Assembly: GCA_024278935.1 (NCBI GenBank)
Contig: JAJRSF010000051.1
Coordinates: 1,963-65,962 of the forward strand
DNA length: 64,000 nucleotides
Direction: 5' to 3'
From: Candidatus Zixiibacteriota bacterium
Lineage (GTDB): Bacteria; Zixibacteria; MSB-5A5; GN15; FEB-12
In this document: piece by piece, positions 21,052 to 30,290 of the stretch
Layout: every line of letters starts with the position of its first letter
How positions within the stretch are numbered: position 1 is the first letter of the stretch
Program-made: the position numbers and the translations under genes
The notes under the pieces: generated by a model
Databases searched by the model: none
Seen by the model: only the letters and a program-made list of their open reading frames with translations
Told to the model about the DNA's origin: nothing

Positions 21052-22506
21052 TTACTTAGAGTCGTCACCTGACTTATAACAAGGCTTAAACTCACGCCAT
21101 TTTATAAATAAATGATGCACCATTATTGCCACATCAGCCATATTTGCATTACCATCACAGTTGAGATCAACCATCTCATCGGTAATTATAAATCCGTTTC
21201 GAGATTTAACTTTGACAGACTTACCTTCGTTACCACCCTGAGAGATAAAATCAATCATTTTCGATAGATCAGTTATATCACGAACACCGTCGATATTAAT
21301 ATCACCGATTGAAAGTTGTACGACCGCATCCAAGCTATTAATCATACCATAGCCATACTGTTCATCCGGGACCATCACTGTTCCCCAAAGAAGTTCGCTT
21401 CTTGAAGTGTAGTGTAAGTGGTTTTGAATATCTTTTGGTGTATACTTTTGATTTAACTGTTTCATCATCGCAACAGTTCCCGAAACGATTGGTGCCGAAA
21501 ATGATGTCCCGCTCCAAGTACCCCAGTCATAATCACCTGCCAGTGAACTGTATATATTAACACCCGGTGCAACAATATCAACATAACTACCATAGTTTGA
21601 AAAACCTGCGAGTTACTCTGACATATCAACTGCTGAAACTGCAATTACATCAGGATGTGCCGCAGGATAGGATGGAATAGCAGTTCCTTCATTACCGGTA
21701 GCAGCTATCATGACAACATTCTTTGAATTGGCATCGTCGATTGCTTCACTTAAAACAGAAATCATATCTGTAGTTCCAAAACTCATATTAATAATATCAG
21801 CCCCATGCCTAACCGCCCAGTCAATTGCTTGAGCAACATTAAATTGATCACCAATACCATCACCATCAAACGCACGTAAAGGAATAATCGAAACATCAGG
21901 AGCTGTCAATAATAAAAGACCTGTCACAAATGTTCCATGACCGTAAATCGTACCGGGTTGCTCCGATGCGTCCGAACTTATTGTAATAAAATCATGACCA
22001 TCTAAAATATTTGAATTCAGCATCAATGGATGTAAATAATCTATACCATTATCAATGACCGCAATAACAACACCCTGACCTGTAGAAAGAAGTTGGGCAG
22101 AATCAATGCCTATATCATAAGTACCTTCTTGAGCATAATAATCTTGTGGGGATATTCCTTTATTGAAAATCGGTACCGATTCATCAGGGAATCCCTGACT
22201 GATTTGAAATACTTCGGGAATATCAATCGATGTGTTTATCGAAGCAAGTTCGACATCTGCGTTGCTGTTTAATTCATCAACAACTTCATCAACAGATCTA
22301 CTCTCTGAAAATGTTAATAAATATGTACTGCTTGATGGTATTGAATCAGCAACAACAGCTTGTAAATCTTCCGCAATAGAAATAATCTGTTCGTTACTTT
22401 TAACTTTTACTACAGCTTCACCTGCCCGTTTTTTTCCCGCGAAAACAAGCGAGCTGCTGAAAAGGAAAATCGAGATTATGATGGCAATCGATGTGGTTCG
22501 TCTCAT
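21052..22506 (-). CDS. Secreted S8 subtilase with C-terminal dockerin-like domain; in-frame TAA at 21613-21615
   Basis: Signal peptide, VIDNG and HGTFVTG upstream of the stop; same frame continues LAGFSNYGSYVDIVAPG...WSGTSFSAP then GDINIDG..DITD / DLNCDG..MAD dockerin repeats. Confidence 0.85.
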
Positions 22507-22537
22507 ATTTTTTCTCTATACATTTTAAAAGTTTAAA

Positions 22538-25290
22538 TTAATTCCCAATTAAAATAAATGCACCCCAATATGCCGGGTCCTCTATTTCTGTTGATATATA
22601 TTGTACTGCTTGTAAATAAGCTACTTTAATATTCTTTGTTTGAGATAGTTGTTTATAAAACTCGTTCATAAACAACATAGTTACTTTGTCATCAACTGGC
22701 CATAGCGATGCAAGGACATATCGACTGCCTGCTCGGTAAAAGGCTTTTGCCAGCGAGAAAGTATTACCATAATTTAACCCCGGAGCGGCTGTTTGGCAAC
22801 CAGAAAGTGTAACTAATTCCGCAGCAATCCCCTCGCCTATAAAATCAAATGGGAAAAGAACACCGTCGGAAAACATTATCCGTGAAAAAAGAGGGTTCTC
22901 CGATGATCGCGATGCGTGTGCTGCTATATGAATAAATCCGGTCGACTCTTTAAATTCTTTTAACAGTGCAACTCTACTTGCCTTCTCAGCTTTATAATGA
23001 CGGGATTTTTTATACTGCCCATAAATCTGCTCTCCTTCAATATCAACAAGAGGTAACGATTTATGCGAAACAGAAAATATTGAATTTCGAAGTTTGGAAA
23101 AATCTATCTTCTCAACTCTCTCTTTATATAACGAATCAGGGTCAGCAATTATTTTGACCGTATACATATCCTTTATATATTTCCCATCATCATGACACAA
23201 TGCGATAAACGGAATCTGATTAAAAACAGAATCAGGGATTATAAGAAGTGTTGTTATCTTTTTATCAAGTTCAATCGGAGCAATAAGCAGTTTGTATAAT
23301 TTTTTCAGATAGGCATTTTTATATCTAACGAAGTTGTCATGTTTGTCTTATGGATCGACTGTTCAAACAAAAATTGAATCTTCCTGATAAGTGCTTTTAA
23401 CTCATCAACAGTAATTTCCAAATCAATATACTTAATTTCATTTGCACTCTGTATGAAGACCCCAACAGTTTCACCGGAAATAAAATAATGTATCACCGCT
23501 TCATCAACTGATGGTCTGTACGATTTAAAGTCTGCCAACTTATGCTTAACATTTTGTTGCTCAACTTCAAAATACGCTCTCGACTTTTGCTCTAAGTGCC
23601 AAAGTTGTTTTTCATGCTTTAAAATATCAGCAGAACCAGTAACAACTCGTTTCCCTTTTTGGGGATACTTATATGCAACTGATAATGTCTGACGTAATGA
23701 CTTAATTTGAGATAAAATTTTATCAGGGACATTCCCCTCAAGCGATTTAGTAGAAACAAATTGTGCATTCAACAGTGACAATGCTTTCATCTGTTGCAGA
23801 TACGATTTTTCTACATCACCAAGTTGCAGTGAACATTCGACCAACCGTGAATACATCTTAAATTTATCAGCAGCAAAGAAAAACTTTATTTCATCATAAT
23901 GCAATGACTGCATCATCTTTTCTACTATCAAAATTGCTTTTTTAAATTCAGTAATTGCTATCGTAAATTTCTTCTTTGAAAAATAATATTCACCGACTAA
24001 CCCATGAACTTTTCGTTGTTGCTCTAAAGTAATTTCGCTTTGTTTTAATCTCTTTAATTTGGCGAATGCTCTCTTTTCATTTTTTGACAAAAAGAGTGCT
24101 TGTATATGAGAAAGTTCAGCATCATGTTCTCTTCTAATATCTTTACTCTTTTTATAATACTTCAACGCCAAATCAGATGCTTCTAACGCTTTTGTATATT
24201 TCTTTTGACCTATATAAAGAGAACTATAGGCAGACTGTATCATACCTAACCAGAGATTATTATTTTCTTTTTTGAATATTTTCTGAGAAGCTTTAAGTAA
24301 TTTTTTCGCTTGCTCAATATCACCTAACTCAATCTTTGCAATCGCCGCAAAATAGTATGCCTTCCCCTCTTCGTAAGGCATCTTATATTTTTTGAAAATA
24401 GGAATTATAATTTCAGCAAACATAATAGCAGAACCATACTGATTTAATTGCAAATTCAGTTCCGCTAAATCAAGTTGTGTAATAGCGGCAGTAGTTTTGT
24501 CGCCTAAAATTTCTAATGAATCGTATACTTTTTCAAACAGATTCAAAGCATCGCTGTATTTACTTTCTAAAAACAGAAGATAGGCTATCGAGTATTCGGT
24601 TTGTTGATAAGCGAGTTCCATATTGGCGTTTTTATAAAACTGCCCCGCCTCAAGATACAATTTTTTCGCTTGAACAAGCTGATTCATATTGGTATAAATA
24701 TTAGCTCTGTTAAAATCTACAATCGCACAGGCAATACCGCCATCTTTTGTAAAGATTTCTTTTGCATTGTCATAGTACAAAAGTGCCAATCGGTTTTTGT
24801 CCATACGATGATACATATTCCCGATATTAGTCATCACCTGTCCGGCTTGACTACTCAATTTTTTCCGTTTGAAATAACGCAGAGCTTCTTTACCAACTTT
24901 GAGACCTTTATCATATTTAGAAAGATACCTATACACTTCAATCATACCTTTGCGAATCATTGCAGCAGCATGAAAATCTCTTTGAGCAGTAGCATGCGAA
25001 AGAGCTTTTTTGTAAAATTTTAATGAAGTCGTATAATCGGCGTTCCACAATGCAAGCCTTGCTCGCATCGCAAATAGTTTATCCTGATATTCTTTTGGTA
25101 TAAATTTAAAACAGTCAATCACAGCTTGCAGATAATTATCGGCATCAGTTATACTGACCCGATACAAACTATTTAAGCTTCTGCTTATCTCTGCAATAAA
25201 TAATTTACAGTCATTGCTATATTCTAAATGCAATAACTGTTTTAAATCATCTCTGCTTGTAATCTGTTTTATAATCTTAATATCAATCAT
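22538..25290 (-). CDS. TPR-CHAT (caspase HetF-associated) protease, about 917 aa; one-base frameshift at 23316-23320
   Basis: Long TPR array; adding one A joins the two ORFs via KLYKLLIAPI...LLIIPDSVFNQIPFIAL; catalytic IHIAAHA and LVTLSGCQT; SLWPVDD and YWGAF. Confidence 0.9.
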
Positions 25291-25874
25291 AACGACAATT
25301 CAATAACGCCTTCTTTTTCATTTTCAAATGTAAACAACAAAGAACATTTCCCGGCATCAATTCGATCAAACCGAAACAGACCAAACTCATCAATTTCGAC
25401 AACTTGTGAAGACCTACCAGACTTGGCTTTGATTTTTATTTTTTCATTTTTATCAAAATCTTGTATCTGCCCAATAAGCTCAACAGAATCTATAGTTGTT
25501 GGATATACCGTCAACGCAACGAGCAGTTCACCAACCTGATATTTTAACTGACGAGTATCAACCGATGCAGGACGGACACCTTCGGGGAGCGGAAGAAGCG
25601 ACGAGTCAAAAACCTGCACTCCAAACTGTTTCTGTGAATTTGATTTCTCTTTGAGAAAATCTTTATACAACGTTTGAGAAAGTTTTTTCGAAGCTGCAAA
25701 CAGCTCTTGAGAGTTCTGAGGCGAAACTTGATATAGCTGTTTCAGCAAGTCATAATAATCCGACAATTCTGAGTCATTTTGAAGCTCAACTAAGAGAGTT
25801 ATTTTCTGCTCCCCCTGTAACGAACCAGCCAAAAGAGACTTAAGTCGTTCGATTTTTTCTATACTTATTCCCAT
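25287..25874 (-). CDS. Soluble putative anti-sigma factor (helical N-domain + C-terminal beta-sandwich, carboxypeptidase-regulatory-like)
   Basis: Directly after the ECF gene, overlaps CHAT start by 4 bp; FDS...LPEGVR..RQLKY and DEFGLFRFDRI motifs; no TM helix; function inferred from context. Confidence 0.55.
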   Translation of the reverse strand: MGISIEKIERLKSLLAGSLQGEQKITLLVELQNDSELSDYYDLLKQLYQVSPQNSQELFAASKKLSQTLYKDFLKEKSNSQKQFGVQVFDSSLLPLPEGVRPASVDTRQLKYQVGELLVALTVYPTTIDSVELIGQIQDFDKNEKIKIKAKSGRSSQVVEIDEFGLFRFDRIDAGKCSLLFTFENEKEGVIELSL

Positions 25875-25894
25875 TTTCCACCTCTAGATATTGG

Positions 25895-25930
25895 TATATT
25901 ATAGAGACTTATTAAATGCATAAAATACAT
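25895..25930 (-). promoter_or_regulatory. Candidate ECF-sigma promoter, copy A (drives anti-sigma/CHAT/S8 genes)
   Basis: ATGTATTTTATGCATTTAATAAGTCTCTATAATATA in the 63-bp gap between sigma and anti-sigma genes. Confidence 0.55.
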
Positions 25931-25937
25931 ATTTTCT

Positions 25938-26498
25938 TTAAAAACCTCTTCTTTTAAGTATCTTTTTCAGTTTTTTCAGAGACCGAATCCGAGTAGGACC
26001 TATCGAGGCTACCGGAATGTTCAGTTTTTGAGAGATCTCTTCATAACTTGGCTCTTCTTCATCTAAGAACAAGTACCATATTAACTTATACTCTTTTTCA
26101 GGTAGCTCAACAACCGCCTTTATCAATGATTCCAAATTTTTGGACTCATCTAAAAGCTCATCTGGTGACTTTATCCGAGTTGTAGAAATAGATTTCGTAA
26201 TTTCAGGGTCAATATTATCAAAAAGCTGTTTTCGGCGAATAACCCGCAGAATTTCCCGTCTGGTAATAGTTGACACATAGCCGATAATTTTATCCGATGA
26301 TTTCAAGTTCGGTAGATGATGCAGCAACAGATAACAAACCTGCCCAAAAATGTCCAAAGACTCATCAGGTGACAACCGCATGACTCGGCAGACCGATAAA
26401 ATTGCCGGCGTAATTTTTTCTACTAATTCAGCCCAAGCAGGTTCATCACCTAAAATACAGCGGTCTATAAGTTTTTGGTACTCTGATTTGTTCGGCAT
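25938..26498 (-). CDS. ECF-family RNA polymerase sigma factor
   Basis: Region 2 (GDEPAWAELV...DIFGQV) and region 4 (SYEEISQKLNIPVASIGPTRIRSLKKL); start at ATG 26498. Confidence 0.92.
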   Translation of the reverse strand: MPNKSEYQKLIDRCILGDEPAWAELVEKITPAILSVCRVMRLSPDESLDIFGQVCYLLLHHLPNLKSSDKIIGYVSTITRREILRVIRRKQLFDNIDPEITKSISTTRIKSPDELLDESKNLESLIKAVVELPEKEYKLIWYLFLDEEEPSYEEISQKLNIPVASIGPTRIRSLKKLKKILKRRGF

Positions 26499-26694
26499 AG
26501 TTGCTTTTGTTTTTGCTAGATTAATGTTAAAGCATATAGTACAAAGTACACGAATTATCAAAAAAGACAATAGAAAATCTCTTTTATTATTTCAAACAGA
26601 ACGCCCCACACACTCCCTCTCATTTATTGACATTCCTGTCTATCATGGCTATACTATGACATAAACAAAATACAATTATCTTCCGAGGTGAAAT

Positions 26695-27915
26695 TTGAAA
26701 AAATCTGTGCTTTCTATTATAATAGTTTCTATCGCAATTATATTGGTTATCGTCTCATGTGGTGATGATTATATCCTACAAAATACAAGCACCCAAACAT
26801 CGTTTGAAACAGTAATCGACTACACTGAATATCTCATGTTGCATGCTATCGTTGAATCTGCTGATGGCAACATCGTAGTTGGAGGACAAAAAACAATTCA
26901 GGTAATAGACTCCGCATATAGCCCGACTGATTCAACAGGTAATTATCAGGCTTTCATTGTTAAACTCAATATGGATGGCGACACTATTTGGACTTGCTCC
27001 TTTGGCGATTCTATACTTGGAGAAAGTGTGGAAAAAATAGTTCTAAATTCTGATGGAAGCTTTTTTGTTCTTGCTTCGCAATTTAGGATGAGATCTATGT
27101 CAAGTCCTGACTTGTACCTGCAAAAAATATCTGCTGATGGTGAACTCGGAAGTTATGAGATTATTGACGGTATTAGTTTCCCATATATTGAGGATATGAT
27201 CCAAACTGAAGACAATGGATATATAATTATTGGTAAAGCAAATGGCTACAGAAGAACATCCGATATGGTTGTAATAAAAGTAAACAGCTACGGATTACAA
27301 TCCTGGAATAAGATTTATGCAAGAGGTGAATTTAACTCTGTTAAACTTCTTGATGATGGGAATCTTCTCGTAGCAGGTACTAAAATAGACACTATAAGTT
27401 ATTCCAGTAATATTTACGTCATGAAATTAAATTCGGTAGGTGACTCATTAGAGGCTACCGAATTAAGTATAGGCGAACATAATTATGTCAAAGAAGTTGC
27501 TTCGGTTGACAACAACAAATTTAAAGTTTTTGGAACAACGAATAGTCCAACATCTGCGGTAGAATTCATTATGAATTTGGATAGTGCTATGTCACCAACA
27601 AACGTGAAACTGCATTATGATTTATATAGCACTACTACTCGTGATTGCAAATCTAGTTCGGACAACTCCGCTATATTTGCAGGATATAGACTAAGCCCGA
27701 CACCAGTGGCATTCTTAAATAAATACGATGCCTCAGACAATTTAGTTTGGCAACAGTTGTATGATAAAACTGGATTCAACATATTAACAAACTTTGTAAT
27801 CCCACTTTCAAACGGTGGATATGCTATGACCGGTCGTTACCAAAATACATCTACTTTAGAAAGTACAGGCTTTATTATCAAAACCGACCCCCAAGGAAAC
27901 GTAGATTTAGAATAA
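26695..27915 (+). CDS. Lipoprotein with beta-propeller-like repeats
   Basis: Lipobox IVSC, repeated D.G.I..G / K.D..G...W units; TTGACA-17-TATACT upstream. Confidence 0.65.
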   Translation: MKKSVLSIIIVSIAIILVIVSCGDDYILQNTSTQTSFETVIDYTEYLMLHAIVESADGNIVVGGQKTIQVIDSAYSPTDSTGNYQAFIVKLNMDGDTIWTCSFGDSILGESVEKIVLNSDGSFFVLASQFRMRSMSSPDLYLQKISADGELGSYEIIDGISFPYIEDMIQTEDNGYIIIGKANGYRRTSDMVVIKVNSYGLQSWNKIYARGEFNSVKLLDDGNLLVAGTKIDTISYSSNIYVMKLNSVGDSLEATELSIGEHNYVKEVASVDNNKFKVFGTTNSPTSAVEFIMNLDSAMSPTNVKLHYDLYSTTTRDCKSSSDNSAIFAGYRLSPTPVAFLNKYDASDNLVWQQLYDKTGFNILTNFVIPLSNGGYAMTGRYQNTSTLESTGFIIKTDPQGNVDLE

Positions 27916-28014
27916 ATGACAATAGAAATACGCAATTGTAGCCTTGTAATCCATAATTCATGCACCATTGCTCTTTATTCAATAAAACAGCCTTCAGGCT
28001 GCTGAAAAAACCTA

Positions 28015-28042
28015 TTGACAAATATAAAAAATAGCCTATAAT
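28015..28042 (+). promoter_or_regulatory. Sigma70 promoter of typA
   Basis: TTGACA-N16-TATAAT, both hexamers consensus. Confidence 0.7.
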
Positions 28043-28188
28043 TGTCGGACTTTAAAACTGCCCCGAATAGTTCAATAACTGTTCGGGGTTTTTCTGCCCG
28101 ATTATTCTTTTTTAAAAAATTTAATCCGCAGACGTATATGAAATATATTACTCGCAGGATTGTCTGCGTTTGAAAGGCTTTTTGCATT

Positions 28189-30099
28189 ATGATTGATGTT
28201 TCCAAAATCCGAAACCTTGCCATTGTCGCACATATTGACCACGGTAAAACTACACTGATCGATTCGATTTTCCAGGCAACCCAAACATTCCGAGACAACC
28301 AGGAAGTTGCCGAAAGACTCATGGACAACAATGTTCTCGAACGCGAACGTGGTATTACTATCCGCTCCAAACATTGCACCGTTTCATGGGACGACCACCT
28401 TATAAATATTATCGACACTCCCGGTCATGCTGATTTCTCAGGCGAAGTTGAACGTGTTCTCTCAATGGTTGATTCTGTTCTTCTGCTCGTCGATGCCAAC
28501 GAAGGACCTATGCCTCAAACTCGTTATGTTCTTATGCGTGCTCTCAAACTCGGACTCCGCCCTATCGTTATTGTAAATAAAGTCGACCGCCCAAACGCCC
28601 GTCCTGATTACGCTCTGGATAAAACTTTTGATCTCTTTTTAGAACTTGGTGCTACTGATGAACAAGCGAACTTCCCTGTCCTCTATGGTTCCGGTCTCGC
28701 CGGTTGGTTTGTCAATGATTTGGATAAAGAAGAACACAAAGGAATGGATGCGATTTTTAAAACTATCATAGATGAAGTACCTGCTCCCGATGTTGACAAA
28801 GAAGGCGACTTTTTGATGCAAGTAAGTTCTCTTGACTGGAATGATTATATCGGTCAAATCGGTTGTGGACGAGTTCTTCGTGGTACTCTTAATAAAGGCG
28901 AAGTCTTCACCCGCATGGCAACAAGTTTAAAAGATACTACTGACCCTGAAAAAGGTTGGACCTTAGATTCTACATCAAAAGCCAAAGGTGTCCACATGTG
29001 GATTTCTCGCGGCTTAACAAGAGTTGAAACCGATGAAGTCACCGCCGGTGATATTGTCTGGATTGCAGGACCACCTGAAATTGGTATCGGTGATACGTTC
29101 TCTGTAAATGAAGATACAAGCGAAGCATTAAAACCACTCGAAATAGAAGAACCTACACTCTCGATGTTTTTCCTCGTGAACAACGGACCTTTCTCAGGAC
29201 AAGATGGCACCGCTATCATGCTCCGTCAATTAAAAGACCGTCTCGAACGTGAACTTCGGGTCAACGTCGCTCTCCGTATGGAAGACCTCGGACGTTCCGA
29301 TGGTGTCAAAGTTTCAGGACGTGGCGAACTTCACTTAGCAATTCTAATTGAAGAGATGCGTCGTGAAGGACTCGAGTTCTGTATCTCAAGACCGGAAGTT
29401 ATCCTCCGCCGTGACGACAACGACAATGTCTTAGAACCTATCGAACAACTTATTATAGATGTCCCTGAAGAATACCAAGGTATCATCATTGAAAAACTTG
29501 CCAAACGTAAAGGTGAGCTTACATCGGTTGAAAACGCTGGTACAAATGTTATCCGTATAGAATTTAATATCCCAACTCGCGGACTTATCGGATACCGTTC
29601 GGAGTTCCTAACTGACACTCGTGGTCTTGGAATTATGGCTTCCCGTTTTAATGGGTACGGTGCGTGGCGTGGCGAAATTGTCGCAAGAACCAAAGGCTCT
29701 GTTATCTCTATTGAAACTGGTCCGGCAACTGCTTATTCCCTTGAAGGACTCCCAGAACGTTCTGTCAGTTTTATCGCACCAACCGAACGAATCTACACCG
29801 GTCAGATTGTTGGAGAAAATTCTCGCAACATGGATATGACCTGTAACCCAACTAAGAAAAAACAGTTGACCAACCATCGTGCTTCCAATAAAGATATTGG
29901 TGTCAAACTTGATGTCCCTCGCAAGATGACTTTAGAACAAGCGATGGAATGGATTCGTGATGATGAACTTGTTGAAGTGACTCCAAAAGCGATTCGTATT
30001 CGTAAAATAATTTTAGACATCGACGATCGCAAAAGAGCCGAGAAAAAACTGATGGCACTCGATGAGTCCGTCGCAGCACAACCTCGCCCATCCGCATAA
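28189..30099 (+). CDS. typA: Translational GTPase TypA/BipA
   Basis: IRNLAIVAHIDHGKTT, ERERGITI, DTPGHADF, GRGELHL, DELVEVTPKAIRIRK. Confidence 0.97.
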   Translation: MIDVSKIRNLAIVAHIDHGKTTLIDSIFQATQTFRDNQEVAERLMDNNVLERERGITIRSKHCTVSWDDHLINIIDTPGHADFSGEVERVLSMVDSVLLLVDANEGPMPQTRYVLMRALKLGLRPIVIVNKVDRPNARPDYALDKTFDLFLELGATDEQANFPVLYGSGLAGWFVNDLDKEEHKGMDAIFKTIIDEVPAPDVDKEGDFLMQVSSLDWNDYIGQIGCGRVLRGTLNKGEVFTRMATSLKDTTDPEKGWTLDSTSKAKGVHMWISRGLTRVETDEVTAGDIVWIAGPPEIGIGDTFSVNEDTSEALKPLEIEEPTLSMFFLVNNGPFSGQDGTAIMLRQLKDRLERELRVNVALRMEDLGRSDGVKVSGRGELHLAILIEEMRREGLEFCISRPEVILRRDDNDNVLEPIEQLIIDVPEEYQGIIIEKLAKRKGELTSVENAGTNVIRIEFNIPTRGLIGYRSEFLTDTRGLGIMASRFNGYGAWRGEIVARTKGSVISIETGPATAYSLEGLPERSVSFIAPTERIYTGQIVGENSRNMDMTCNPTKKKQLTNHRASNKDIGVKLDVPRKMTLEQAMEWIRDDELVEVTPKAIRIRKIILDIDDRKRAEKKLMALDESVAAQPRPSA

Positions 30100-30106
30100 A
30101 TATATT

Positions 30107-30133
30107 TGTCATTCCAGCGTAGGCTGGGAACCA
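30107..30133 (+). repeat. REP-like palindromic element (TGTCATTCC...GGAA family)
   Basis: TGTCATTCCAGCGTAGGCTGGGAACCA; relatives at 35231, 37273, 40687. Confidence 0.6.
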
Positions 30134-30140
30134 ATTTTTT

Positions 30141-30170
30141 AAGGGTGTTAGAAATGACACCCTTTTTTTT
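30141..30170 (+). terminator. Intrinsic terminator of typA
   Basis: AAGGGTGTTA-GAAA-TGACACCCTT followed by T-run. Confidence 0.8.
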
Positions 30171-30290
30171 ATTGCACTTTTTTAATTTCAGAAGATTAAA
30201 ATTACAAATTTCATAGCCAAAATTGTCTTGCATATAATCGCCTATAACTTACATTATAGGAAACCCACAATTACTACAACAAGGGAACCA

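Noticed and set aside
27975-30233. Antisense ORFs over typA (and similar shadow ORFs over carB, psrA, pst and S8 genes)
   Set aside because: Opposite-strand or alternate-frame shadows of conserved genes, with no RBS or motif support
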